Below are positions 50,299 through 59,607 of a DNA stretch of 64,000 nucleotides, piece by piece. The DNA comes from Oligoflexales bacterium (lineage in GTDB: Bacteria; Bdellovibrionota_B; Oligoflexia; Oligoflexales; RGVZ01). The stretch spans positions 921,649-985,648 of the forward strand of contig CANLUT010000001.1 of NCBI GenBank assembly GCA_947494335.1, read 5' to 3'. The notes below the pieces were generated by a model. The model was not told the origin of the DNA. It saw only the letters and a list, made by a program, of their open reading frames with translations, and did not search any database. Positions within the stretch are counted from its first letter, which is position 1; each line of letters starts with the position of its first letter. The translations under genes and the position numbers were made by a program.

Positions 50299-50822
50299 GT
50301 TCGCAAAGACTGCAAAAAATCCTTTTCATGCGGCACGGTATTGCTGTTGATCGCGATGAGTTTGTCGGCAAAGACGAGAAGCGACCTTTAACTGACAAAG
50401 GAATCAAAAAGGTTGCTATGGTCGCTCGGAAGATGGCTGATCTGTTTGTACCAGACATGATCGTCTCAAGTGACTTTCTGCGCGCTCGAGAGACGGCCAC
50501 TATTTGCAGGGATGCGATGTTGAGCGAGCACGGTGATCTGGTTCCTCTGCGCGTATTAAAGGGCAAAAACAATATTCTTAGGCCCGAATCTGATCCGCAG
50601 GAGTGGCTCGCTTTTTTTGGGGCTGAGCCTCGTCTTCAGATGGCTTCCACCCTTTTGGTTGTAGGTCATGAGCCGAATTTGAGCGCGGTTGTACAACTGG
50701 TTACCAAAGGCCAGGGCAAAATAACAAAATTTAAAAAGTCTGGACTCGCAGTCTTGGAGCCTGAAGCCCCAGGCAGTCACTGGCATCTTAAGGCCTATTG
50801 GGCTCCCAGGGACTGGAGTTAA
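50295..50822 (+). CDS. sixA: SixA-like phosphohistidine phosphatase (histidine phosphatase superfamily)
   Basis: An ATGA overlap joins it to crcB. It has ILFMRHGIAV (RHG) and LLVVGHEPNLS. Confidence 0.75.
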   Translation: MSSQRLQKILFMRHGIAVDRDEFVGKDEKRPLTDKGIKKVAMVARKMADLFVPDMIVSSDFLRARETATICRDAMLSEHGDLVPLRVLKGKNNILRPESDPQEWLAFFGAEPRLQMASTLLVVGHEPNLSAVVQLVTKGQGKITKFKKSGLAVLEPEAPGSHWHLKAYWAPRDWS

Positions 50823-50857
50823 CCCGGATCGCCGCCCGCTGAAACAGCCTCTTGGGT

Positions 50858-50950
50858 GATGTTCTAAGTTGATGTAATTAAATAATAAAATTATAAAATC
50901 CATAAAATTTTATGGACATTTTAATAAAAATTTAATATTATTAAAATACC
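50858..50950. other. Extremely AT-rich ~90-bp tract with nested palindromes
   Basis: The tract is almost G/C-free. It contains CCATAAAATTTTATGG (50900-50915) and ATTTTAATAA-N10-TTATTAAAAT (50918-50947). It lies about 90 nt upstream of the nuclease gene. Confidence 0.7.
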
Positions 50951-51037
50951 TGTGGGATTTAGACGCCCGCACGGAGGAAAGGAAGGTTAGATCCAGACCA
51001 GTCCAGTAGTTGAACTTAGCTGTAGTAGAGGTGGGAT

Positions 51038-51979
51038 ATGTGGATCAAACACGTACTCATGCTGGGGTCTTTGTCATCGGCCCTCGGCGCGTGCAAATCG
51101 CGCGATGAGCAGTCGTCCAAACTTATGGACGCGCTTAAAGAATCAATCGTGCTTCCTCGAAATATCGATGGAGCTATGGTTGTGGGTGACACCGATTTAA
51201 CGGGTAACCGAAACGTAGCCGCCGGTTTACCAAAGCAGGGACATAAGCGCTCTGCTGCTTCGGGAGATGTTTATCTTTCCCGTGAGCAATTCGTGGTTTC
51301 GTTCGACAGCAAAGCCAAGATTCCCGCGTGGACATCATGGCAAATTGTCGACCGAGATATCGGTAGTGTGGATCGCGGCAACGAGTTCCGCAGTGACGAC
51401 ATCTTGAACAAGTTTCTCGAGATGCGCATTCGGGAGCTCGGCGTGACTCCGGAGGACTATCGCGGTACTTGCTTCGACAAGGGACATCAGTCACCGTCAG
51501 CAGACCGCACTAGGACGACGCGGGACAATAATGCGACGTTTTACATGAGCAATATGGCTCCCCAGACGTCGTTCTTAAACCGCAGGATATGGAAAGACCT
51601 GGAGTCGTATAGTCGTGACCTGGTCAGTGAGGAAGGGCGTAAGCTGCAAGTTTATGCCGGACCAATTTTACGGGATGGTCGCGAAGGGATCGGTCGTCAG
51701 AGGGATATTCAGGTCCCAGAGGCGTTCTACAAGGTCATCGCTGTTTACGCGGATGACCGAGCACCCTCTCCGATGGGCTACATCGCAGTCATCATGCCTA
51801 ACGTGACTGCCGATGGATTAGACCCTCTGGCAAACATTGACGTTGCCTGCGATGAGCAGCAACGCGGTGGCACAGGTAAGCTGTCCACTAAGTGGGAAGA
51901 TTACCAAGTCGACCTCAGCGAGGTCGAATTTAAGGCAGGAGTCAGGTTCCCGCAGTTTGCGCGTCTAAAACCGCTCTAA
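51038..51979 (+). CDS. Secreted DNA/RNA non-specific endonuclease (NucA/EndoG family), lipoprotein-type signal
   Basis: The lipobox is ALGAC. The active-site region is FDKGHQSPSADR...FYMSNMAPQ. Confidence 0.85.
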   Translation: MWIKHVLMLGSLSSALGACKSRDEQSSKLMDALKESIVLPRNIDGAMVVGDTDLTGNRNVAAGLPKQGHKRSAASGDVYLSREQFVVSFDSKAKIPAWTSWQIVDRDIGSVDRGNEFRSDDILNKFLEMRIRELGVTPEDYRGTCFDKGHQSPSADRTRTTRDNNATFYMSNMAPQTSFLNRRIWKDLESYSRDLVSEEGRKLQVYAGPILRDGREGIGRQRDIQVPEAFYKVIAVYADDRAPSPMGYIAVIMPNVTADGLDPLANIDVACDEQQRGGTGKLSTKWEDYQVDLSEVEFKAGVRFPQFARLKPL

Positions 51980-52137
51980 AAAATCGTCAGCCTATGGATC
52001 ACACCCGGCTTTTGTCAATCATGACAAGGCCGGGTGTTGGCGTTAAAGTCGATAAAAGGTCCTGAATTTTCTCCGATCGGTCATGCTGTGATAAAATTCA
52101 GTTGTCAGCGTCATAGCGTTCAAGGAGAACTTGCTTT

Positions 52138-52830
52138 ATGGCTTTTTGGAATTCGTCGTCGGCTCCTTCTGCTTCAGGAAATCCACTTCTGCTTAAACCG
52201 CCCACAGATTTGACGCAAGCTATAACCAGTGGAAGTCAGATTGTCATTAAGCAGCGTCGTGAGATGACCGAAGTTTTTCTCGGCTTTGAAACGCGAAATC
52301 AATATTTGATTTTTGATGAAACTGGCTCCCCATGCGGGAGTGTTGTTGAACAGGGCACGGGAATTGGCGCAATCCTGCGACGCTTGTTTTTAAAGTCCCA
52401 TCGATCGTTCATCATTCATGTAGCCGATGCACAGGGAAAAGTTCTCCTTGAATTTAGTAGGCCCTTCTTTTTCTTTTTTTCTGATATTGCTGTTCGCGTG
52501 CCCAATGGGCCGGCATTAGGCACAGCCCACCGGCGTTTTGGATTGATTAACAAGATTTACGAGCTGAGAGACCCCAATGGGCAGACGTTTGCCCAAATTC
52601 GCAGTTCGATTTTCAAGATTTGGACGTTTGCGGTACGAGACGCGCAGGGTAATGAGGTCGCAAGAATATCGAAAAAATGGTCTGGCTTGCTGAAAGAGTA
52701 TTTCACTGATTCTGATAATTTTATGATCGAATTTGGGACAAAATCTTGGACTCCCGCTCAGCGGGCGATCATTATAGCGACCGCAATCAGCATCGATTTT
52801 GACTTCTTCGAAAACAATAATCAAAGCTGA
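52138..52830 (+). CDS. Phospholipid scramblase-like (PLSCR/LURP-one fold) protein
   Basis: IVIKQRREMTEVFLGFETRNQYLIFDETG...SHRSFIIHVADAQGKVLLEFSRPF fits the scramblase-family pattern as I recall it. Confidence 0.65.
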   Translation: MAFWNSSSAPSASGNPLLLKPPTDLTQAITSGSQIVIKQRREMTEVFLGFETRNQYLIFDETGSPCGSVVEQGTGIGAILRRLFLKSHRSFIIHVADAQGKVLLEFSRPFFFFFSDIAVRVPNGPALGTAHRRFGLINKIYELRDPNGQTFAQIRSSIFKIWTFAVRDAQGNEVARISKKWSGLLKEYFTDSDNFMIEFGTKSWTPAQRAIIIATAISIDFDFFENNNQS

Positions 52831-52841
52831 GCGTTTATCAG

Positions 52842-53669
52842 ATGAGTTTTGAGAGAGAAAAACCTAAGTTCGGTGCCTCTAACCCCGCTTTGAACACTAT
52901 TCACGACTCGTCACGCGGCGAGGTTGTGAGTTGGATTGTGGGGCTTGTTGTCGCGGTGCTCTGTCTTTATTGGGCTGTCGGATTGGCAACCGATTTTCTC
53001 GCGCGAAAGATTTCCGATGAGCAGGAGGCGAAATGGTTTGCCGGGGACAGGGTTTTTGGTTTGACCGGGTTCAAGTCAACATCAGGTGCGGAAGATCCTG
53101 ATTTTCTGCGCTGCCAAAGCCTGCTGACTCAGTTAAAGTCCGATAAAAGTTTACGAAGTCTTCCCTATAATCTTTATTATTCGAACAGTACGACTCCCAA
53201 TGCATTTGCTGCACCTGGCGGGTCTTTGATGGTGACCCAAGGGTTGCTTGATCTAGTTAAATCCGACATGGGGCTGGCGATGGTGCTAGGTCACGAGCTT
53301 GGCCATCTTCAATATCGTGATCCATTACGAGGTATGGGGCGCAATATTCTCATGTCTCTGATCCTCGCCGTTTTTGTTGGTGGCGATGCGAGTGCTGCTC
53401 AGTTTATTGTGGGTATGGTTGAAAATTCGTATTCTCGAGATCAAGAACTGAGGGCCGATCAGTTTGGATTTAAGCTGTTATTTTCGACATTCCACCGAAC
53501 GGCTGGCGCTCTTGAGTTTTTTGAAAAGATGTCAGAACACCAGAGCAGTCAAATACATGCCCTGGCCAGCATGCTGTCAACTCATCCGTTCACTCCAGAT
53601 CGTATTGATGCGCTTCGTTCGTTGGAGGCTGCGCTTCGTAAAAGTCAGGATTCGCATCATCAGAAATAA
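52842..53669 (+). CDS. M48-family zinc metalloprotease
   Basis: It has an N-terminal TM helix, NAFAAPGG and an HELGHLQYRD (HExxH) motif. Confidence 0.8.
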   Translation: MSFEREKPKFGASNPALNTIHDSSRGEVVSWIVGLVVAVLCLYWAVGLATDFLARKISDEQEAKWFAGDRVFGLTGFKSTSGAEDPDFLRCQSLLTQLKSDKSLRSLPYNLYYSNSTTPNAFAAPGGSLMVTQGLLDLVKSDMGLAMVLGHELGHLQYRDPLRGMGRNILMSLILAVFVGGDASAAQFIVGMVENSYSRDQELRADQFGFKLLFSTFHRTAGALEFFEKMSEHQSSQIHALASMLSTHPFTPDRIDALRSLEAALRKSQDSHHQK

Positions 53670-53674
53670 AAAAA

Positions 53675-53690
53675 GCGGCCTCGAGGCCGC
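53675..53690. terminator. Bidirectional rho-independent terminator
   Basis: AAAAAAA-GCGGCCTCGAGGCCGC-TTTTTTATTTT lies between convergent genes. Confidence 0.85.
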
Positions 53691-53709
53691 TTTTTTATTT
53701 TAAATCGTC

Positions 53710-54750
53710 TCACCGGACTCCGCCGCCAGTCGTAGGATAGGGCGTGTAAGTATATGGTCCTGTTGGAGTGGATGCTGGTGGCGTTGTACCATTCTGCGGG
53801 TACGTGCCCACGGGTGTTGTCGAATAAGGCTCGTATCCGCTTGGATATTGGCCGTAAGCCGGTTGCTGGTTGTAGGTATAGTAATTGTAAGGCTGAGTCT
53901 GGTATTGACCATTGTAGCCATACGGTACTCCGCCATTTGTAGGCGTATAATACTGCCCTGGCATTGTTGGATATGATCCAGGTGATCCGTAGCCCAACGA
54001 ATTACAGAGTGCTTGGTTAACGGTTTGTCCGAATGGTAAAGCCGTTGGCTGAAAGCCTTGCTGGAAGAATGATCCGAGACCGCTTCCATTTTGAAAAACG
54101 CCAAGCAGTTGACCAAATATGCCGTTATTTGGCAGTAAATTTCCAAACAGATTGCCAACACCTAGGTTGCCGAGAAGACCATCAAAAATTCCGCCCGTGC
54201 CAGTCGTTGGCTGCTGAGTAGAAGGTTGCTGGTAACCGTATGGCTGTTGGTAACCGTACGGTTGCTGACTATATGGCTGTTGGTAACCGTATGGCTGCTG
54301 ACTATATGGCTGTTGGTAACCGTATGGCTGTTGGTAGCCATAGGGACTTGTTCCATTTGTTGGATTTGGCTGGTAGACGGGTTGCCCATAGGGATTCTGG
54401 TTAGCGTATTGCTCACATCCAAACAGGGAGAACGAACGTCCCGTGGATGCGTCGTTTGCAAATACAACATTACCTTCGCTTTGGACATTCAAAGCGCTTC
54501 CATTTTTAAAGGCTGCCTCGACATCAGCGGCGGATGCTTTTTTCAAGTCTTGGTCTGATGTGACGACCTCGATCTTTGCTTCCTGAATGGTCTTTGGATT
54601 TACAGGGACTCTTGCGATCACTGACTTCGGAGTATATTGATTTGCGCTATTTCCAGGTCTGCGCTTTCCATCATCGCTCTGCTTGCAGCTGGCAAGGGCC
54701 AGTGCGGTCATGGCAAACGTTAGTTGGGAGATGAGCGTGATCGGTTTCAT
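53710..54750 (-). CDS. Lipoprotein with ~240-aa Q/Y/P/G-rich low-complexity region and tandem QQPYGY repeats
   Basis: An AAGGAG RBS precedes the start and the lipobox is LALASC. A globular region of ~100 aa is followed by YGYQQPYGYQQPYSQQPYGYQQPYSQQPYGYQQPYGYQQP... through to the C-terminus. Confidence 0.7.
   Translation of the reverse strand: MKPITLISQLTFAMTALALASCKQSDDGKRRPGNSANQYTPKSVIARVPVNPKTIQEAKIEVVTSDQDLKKASAADVEAAFKNGSALNVQSEGNVVFANDASTGRSFSLFGCEQYANQNPYGQPVYQPNPTNGTSPYGYQQPYGYQQPYSQQPYGYQQPYSQQPYGYQQPYGYQQPSTQQPTTGTGGIFDGLLGNLGVGNLFGNLLPNNGIFGQLLGVFQNGSGLGSFFQQGFQPTALPFGQTVNQALCNSLGYGSPGSYPTMPGQYYTPTNGGVPYGYNGQYQTQPYNYYTYNQQPAYGQYPSGYEPYSTTPVGTYPQNGTTPPASTPTGPYTYTPYPTTGGGVR
54224..54346. 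repeat. Tandem 18/21-nt coding repeats (QQPYGY/QQPYSQ units)
   Basis: CTGTTGGTAACCGTATGG-type units are visibly iterated about 6 times on the plus strand. Confidence 0.8.
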
Positions 54751-54972
54751 AGGAATGCTCCTTTTCTTCTGCAAAGCTTGGTGCGCAGGCAGATGGACCT
54801 CGGAATTTGACCGAAGCCTATGCAATCCTCACGAGCAATCCCTATGCCAGAGTGGGAAAGGTACTTAATTCTTGATATTCATTGATATTTTCGGGTACCC
54901 TATTGAATGCGCGACTGTCAAATATGTGAACACTGAAGGGGGTTCTACTCCCAGTGACAAGGGGCAATATCT

Positions 54973-56181
54973 GTGAGTTCGACTCTTTGGCTTTTGACTT
55001 TTGTAAACCTCATTTGCTACCTCGATCGTTTTATCATTTCGGCGGTATCCCCAAAAATTCAGACGGACTTTGGTCTGAATCATGCCGAGACCGGAATTGT
55101 CATGAGCGCGTTTATGGTTGGATACATGCTCACAAGCCCCTTATTTGGTTACTACGGAGATCGCAAGAACCGCCCGATGCTAATGGGGCTTGGGGTATTG
55201 GTTTGGAGTATTGCGACAGCCCTCTCTGGGTGGGTTGAGTATTTTATTCCACTGGTCCTGGCCCGCGCTGTTGTTGGGGTGGGTGAGGCGAGTTTTGCAA
55301 CGTTGGCGCCGCCATTTATTCGCGATGGTCTTAAAGACGAATCACTCATCAATAAGGCTCTTGGAATTTTTTATATCTCTTTGCCTCTTGGAGCTGCTCT
55401 TGGTTTTATGTGGGGTGGTTGGATGGCAGATCATCACCATTGGCGCTGGGCGTTCTATCTTGGCGCCTTGCCTGGATTTTTGGTCACCTACCACGTATGG
55501 ACTATGAAGGAGCCCTCTCTTCGTGCCCGGCAGATTGCGGATCTTCCATTCAAAGACACATTCAAAGATTTGCTTGCTAATCGAACGTACATGTTGGCTG
55601 TAGGAGGCTACATTGCACAAACTTTCGCGATAGGAGGCTTTTCCGCGTGGGCGCCCAAATACGGTGTGCATGTTTTCAATGTCAGCTTAACTGAAAGCAA
55701 TCTTAAAATTGGTGCCTCAACCTTGCTAGCAGGATTTATCGGAACGCTTATCGGCGGTAAATGGGGACATTTTTTGATGCCAGCGGGAGGCGATAAATCG
55801 GGTCCAGAAGGAGTTTTAGCCCTGAATAAATTTAGTGCGTGGACATCCTACCTGACCACTCCCATAGCTTTGTGGGCGTTCTATACAGGGGATTTCAATC
55901 ACTTTGTGTTGGCGTTGTTTTTGGTTCAGTTAGGGGTCTTTGCTGCAACGGCACCGATCAACGCAGCAATTCTGGCATCGGTTCCCGGCAAAATGGCCGC
56001 AACCGCGTTTGCTCTCTCAATATTTTTGATTCATGCACTGGGCGACGTGATTTCTCCGCCGCTGGTGGGCTATTTTGCTGACCATATGCCCATGCCCCGA
56101 GCCATGCTGATTCTTGTTCTTGCTTTGGGTCTTAGTGGTATCATTTGGCAATGGGCAGCAAAAGATACTGCTAAAACGTGA
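54973..56181 (+). CDS. MFS transporter (Spinster-like)
   Basis: It has 12 predicted TM helices. The motif GYYGDRKNRP lies in loop 2-3. Confidence 0.85.
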   Translation: MSSTLWLLTFVNLICYLDRFIISAVSPKIQTDFGLNHAETGIVMSAFMVGYMLTSPLFGYYGDRKNRPMLMGLGVLVWSIATALSGWVEYFIPLVLARAVVGVGEASFATLAPPFIRDGLKDESLINKALGIFYISLPLGAALGFMWGGWMADHHHWRWAFYLGALPGFLVTYHVWTMKEPSLRARQIADLPFKDTFKDLLANRTYMLAVGGYIAQTFAIGGFSAWAPKYGVHVFNVSLTESNLKIGASTLLAGFIGTLIGGKWGHFLMPAGGDKSGPEGVLALNKFSAWTSYLTTPIALWAFYTGDFNHFVLALFLVQLGVFAATAPINAAILASVPGKMAATAFALSIFLIHALGDVISPPLVGYFADHMPMPRAMLILVLALGLSGIIWQWAAKDTAKT

Positions 56182-56287
56182 GATTGTTTTGCATCACTGA
56201 AACGTGGCGCTTTCGGCATATGAAGAGATTAGAAATTTTTTTGATTAGCAATGATAAATCAACATTCAAAGTAGGATAGGAAAAACC

Positions 56288-56785
56288 ATGGCTCAGGTAA
56301 CACTTAAAGGAAACCCGTTCAATACAGTTGGCGATTTACCAAAAGTCGGATCATCACTCCCTGACATTAAGTTAACCAAGTCTGATTTGACCGATGTCAG
56401 TCTTTCGACATATGCAGGTAAACGTAAAATTTTGAACATTTTCCCGAGCGTCGACACACCTGTTTGTGCGGCATCAGTTCGTAAATTTAATGAAAAAGCT
56501 GCAAGCTTGAAAAATACGGTCGTCCTTTGCATATCGGCGGATTTGCCTTTCGCACAGAAACGATTTTGCGGGGCAGAGGGTATTAGTAATGTCGAGACTC
56601 TGTCGAGCTTTCGCCAATCGTTTGCCAAAGATATTCGCGTTGAAATGGCTGATGGTCCCTTTAAAGGTCTTTGTGCGCGGGCGGTTGTAGTTCTCGACGA
56701 GGCTAATAAGGTGGTCCATTCGGAGTTGGTTTCCGAGATTGCCAATGAGCCAAATTATGAAGCTGCTTTGGCACCTTTAAAATAG
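56288..56785 (+). CDS. tpx: Thiol peroxidase Tpx
   Basis: It is full length (165 aa). The peroxidatic site is [15 protein letters not shown] and the resolving site is RFCGAEG. Confidence 0.92.
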   Translation: MAQVTLKGNPFNTVGDLPKVGSSLPDIKLTKSDLTDVSLSTYAGKRKILNIFPSVDTPVCAASVRKFNEKAASLKNTVVLCISADLPFAQKRFCGAEGISNVETLSSFRQSFAKDIRVEMADGPFKGLCARAVVVLDEANKVVHSELVSEIANEPNYEAALAPLK

Positions 56786-56800
56786 CGAAGGACTGGGCTA
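56521..56800. repeat. Direct repeat, copy 1 (3' half of the intact tpx plus 15 nt)
   Basis: The 280 bp align without gaps to 59607-59886, with 11 mismatches by hand alignment. Confidence 0.9.
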
Positions 56801-56980
56801 GCAATCAGCTTCTTGGCCACAAAGGGCGCCTTAGTTTGGAGCAGGGAATTTTGTCGATCGTTCACTCCCTGAATAAGAACCCATGAAAAATCGATGAGAT
56901 TTACTCACGTAAAAGTAGATCCCCACTCATTCAGCCGACACCGACATTAAATGCCAGGCGCCGGCTGAAGACGTTCATCA

Positions 56981-57505
56981 TTACGGGGCTTTTGTATATA
57001 AGCATTTTGTGTACTGTTGACTTTGTCTCGGCTCAAAAGCAGACCAAGACTCTGTAAGCTGCAGTCTTGAATCAACAAATTTCAGCTCAGCCCTAAGAAG
57101 ACCGCTTACTTTACTGGTGCCGGTTAGTGAACGGCTGTCTAACGTACCTTTGAACCTGAGCGTGGTTTTCTCAGGAGATGCCCAATCTAAATCAGTGATG
57201 GACGTATACGTGTCTTCTGAATTTGCTTGGGTCTCAGATCTGCGTCCGCCAACATGTAATCGATAAACGCCGCCAATAATAAGCTCTCTGCAGTCACGGA
57301 ACTCAATTTCCATGGTGTAGTCATACACAAATCCATCAGACACCTCACAGTGGCCAGTCCATTTTCCGGTAAAGTCAGCACAGTTTTCTGATTTTTTTGG
57401 AGCGACGGTGTTAGGGACTGCGCTTTGTTTGAACAGCTGAGGCATGGCCATAGCTGTGCTTCCAGCAAGAACTCCAGCAGTGACTAAGGCTAAAGCAAGA
57501 TTCAT
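56981..57505 (-). CDS. Hypothetical secreted protein (insert cargo)
   Basis: A GAGGAG RBS precedes the start. The signal peptide is MNLALALVTAGVLAGSTAMA. No domain recognised. Confidence 0.55.
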   Translation of the reverse strand: MNLALALVTAGVLAGSTAMAMPQLFKQSAVPNTVAPKKSENCADFTGKWTGHCEVSDGFVYDYTMEIEFRDCRELIIGGVYRLHVGGRRSETQANSEDTYTSITDLDWASPEKTTLRFKGTLDSRSLTGTSKVSGLLRAELKFVDSRLQLTESWSAFEPRQSQQYTKCLYTKAP

Positions 57506-58013
57506 TGGAGACTCCTCATTTAAAAGTAAGATTTCAACCTGCCAACTATATGACCATGTTTGGAAACAGCAATTAATATGATGGAATCTGACAAATGATG
57601 AAACAAATGATGAAACGAATGCCAACTCGCGTTACCAATGGGTAACGCTTGGTGTCCGCGCAAAAGCCGAATATACGGTAAATAGAATTAGGTCGGGAGG
57701 CACCAATTTCCTTGGCAAGTGTAACGACTTAGTTTTCGGGTAGAAATGGAGTGAGCAGATCGATATTTTTGCTGATTAGACGTGGGCCGGTGACGTAGAA
57801 TGACATCTTGCCGGGTTAAATGAGTCGACAAGATGTCCGGAAGGTCCTGATTTTGATTATTATTTTTGCTCGGCCCCATCCTGCCAAATTTTTCTCCGCG
57901 AAAATCAAATTATCACGCAAATTATTTGCACTCGGGAATGGGCCCGCTCCGGTTTGGTTACTTCATTGATATGCCGCGATGGATTCTCGATTAAGCAGCT
58001 AGGCAAGTCATTA

Positions 58014-59231
58014 TTACTTATTTTCTTTAGCTCCTATTGACCATCGCGCGAGTCTTGCCTTGGCCCATCCAGACCATGAACTATCAGGCTCGGCAAGATA
58101 AGGAAAATTCGCAAGCGACGGCTTGTAAGGGCGGTCAACTCCATCCGAAATTGGTCTTTTACCTCGAGTAACTATCATGGAAAACAGTGTATCCATAAAA
58201 TCGTCCTCAATTCCGCGGCCTCCAAAAGCATGCGGTTCCCGACCAGCAAGTAGCTCCTTTTCGATGTCAAAATATTTTGCCTTACCAGTTTTCGACGCGT
58301 CCAGGACAAGGAAGTCATCCACAATCAGTCTGGCATATTCCCTCTTACCCGTTAGGCTCCAATCTTGGATCTGGTCAGCCGCGTCATAGTGATCTAAATT
58401 TTCAATAATCCTGGTGGTGTATTTTTTCTGTTGTGCACCCTCTAAAATTGCGAACGTTGAATGAACATTGAATTCATCGCGGATATCGTCAGCGTCTTTT
58501 CGATTGACCATGGTAACGTTGGTGACTTCCGGGCGCCCGAGATGATCGATCCTTTTAATTCGGCCACCTTCGTGCGTATAGCTTCCAACTGAAATGCCGG
58601 TCAGTCCAACCGGCTCTCCAAAGAGTTCGTGAATATTGAACTGTAAGATCACTGTCAGAATATTGGTGTTATCCATCGTGTTGCTGCCACTTGACCGGAG
58701 CAACTTGCCATCCACTGCCAGGCTAGTTGCGAACTCGCTGTTGAAGAAAAAATGGTCCGCCCGTAGACCATGATAAATGCGGGTTTTAGACTTTAGTGGA
58801 GAGAGGGAGGAATCATTTATGATGTTTGAGAAAGTTCCCAGACGTCCAAAATCACAACTCATGGAATGCTGTTTATGGTCATCCGGTGTTTTAAAACGAC
58901 ACACGATCTTCCGTTCGCTTTGAGCGCTGTGCACAAACCTCAATCCTACGTCATCCCTGGTTACCTTTAATTTTCGTAGCACAATCTCATAATCCACTTT
59001 ATCAGAGAAGTGGTTGTGTTGTCTGGAAAGTGGATGAACATTGACGATTACGTTGATGACACCTGGCATCTCAGAAGCGGGGAATGCATAAACATCCGAA
59101 ACATCCGTAATAGAATGTTCTTTAGTGGCAGGCCCATCAATATGATCACTATGTAGTTCAGCAAGAGGCATAGGTGCAGTCTTGCATGCGGTAATGCAAA
59201 TGAACGCCACAAAAAAAGATCTGCGAAACAT
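58014..59231 (-). CDS. DUF4331-like secreted/lipoprotein (insert cargo)
   Basis: It has the signal/lipobox ICITAC. The N-terminal SDHIDGP...ITDVSDVYAF resembles the DUF4331 signature as I recall it. Confidence 0.55.
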   Translation of the reverse strand: MFRRSFFVAFICITACKTAPMPLAELHSDHIDGPATKEHSITDVSDVYAFPASEMPGVINVIVNVHPLSRQHNHFSDKVDYEIVLRKLKVTRDDVGLRFVHSAQSERKIVCRFKTPDDHKQHSMSCDFGRLGTFSNIINDSSLSPLKSKTRIYHGLRADHFFFNSEFATSLAVDGKLLRSSGSNTMDNTNILTVILQFNIHELFGEPVGLTGISVGSYTHEGGRIKRIDHLGRPEVTNVTMVNRKDADDIRDEFNVHSTFAILEGAQQKKYTTRIIENLDHYDAADQIQDWSLTGKREYARLIVDDFLVLDASKTGKAKYFDIEKELLAGREPHAFGGRGIEDDFMDTLFSMIVTRGKRPISDGVDRPYKPSLANFPYLAEPDSSWSGWAKARLARWSIGAKENK

Positions 59232-59607
59232 GCCAGCGACCTCCGGTTATTTCAATTGCAAAACGATTCACTTTCTGAAGGCTACCATTAAGTAGTACTG
59301 ATTTCAAATGAGATGCACTACAAGACATTTTACGCCGATACTCAAATCGACCGTCCAACGAGAATTAGCAACACAGGAGCATATATGATTCGTGCATCGG
59401 GTCTGCAAGGTGGCACCCAAGAGCCTGTCTTGATTGACAAGAAGTTGCATAAAACTTATGCCCTCACATCGGTATTTGACGTGAGGGCAAGAGTCAGTCT
59501 GTTAAATGCTATCGATGATTTCGCCACGAAATCTCTAGCAGGGAGAGATTCTCCATGTGCTGGGACGCAGTTTAAGAACTATTACCGTGCTGGAGGCATA
59601 GCTGAGC

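Noticed and set aside
54033-54558. Plus- and minus-strand ORFs with LLVTVWLL or HTVTNSH repeats (54226-54558, 54162-54488 and others)
   Set aside because: They are alternative-frame or antisense readings of the tandem QQPYGY coding repeats. Only the 53710-54750 frame has an RBS, a lipobox and a continuous ORF.
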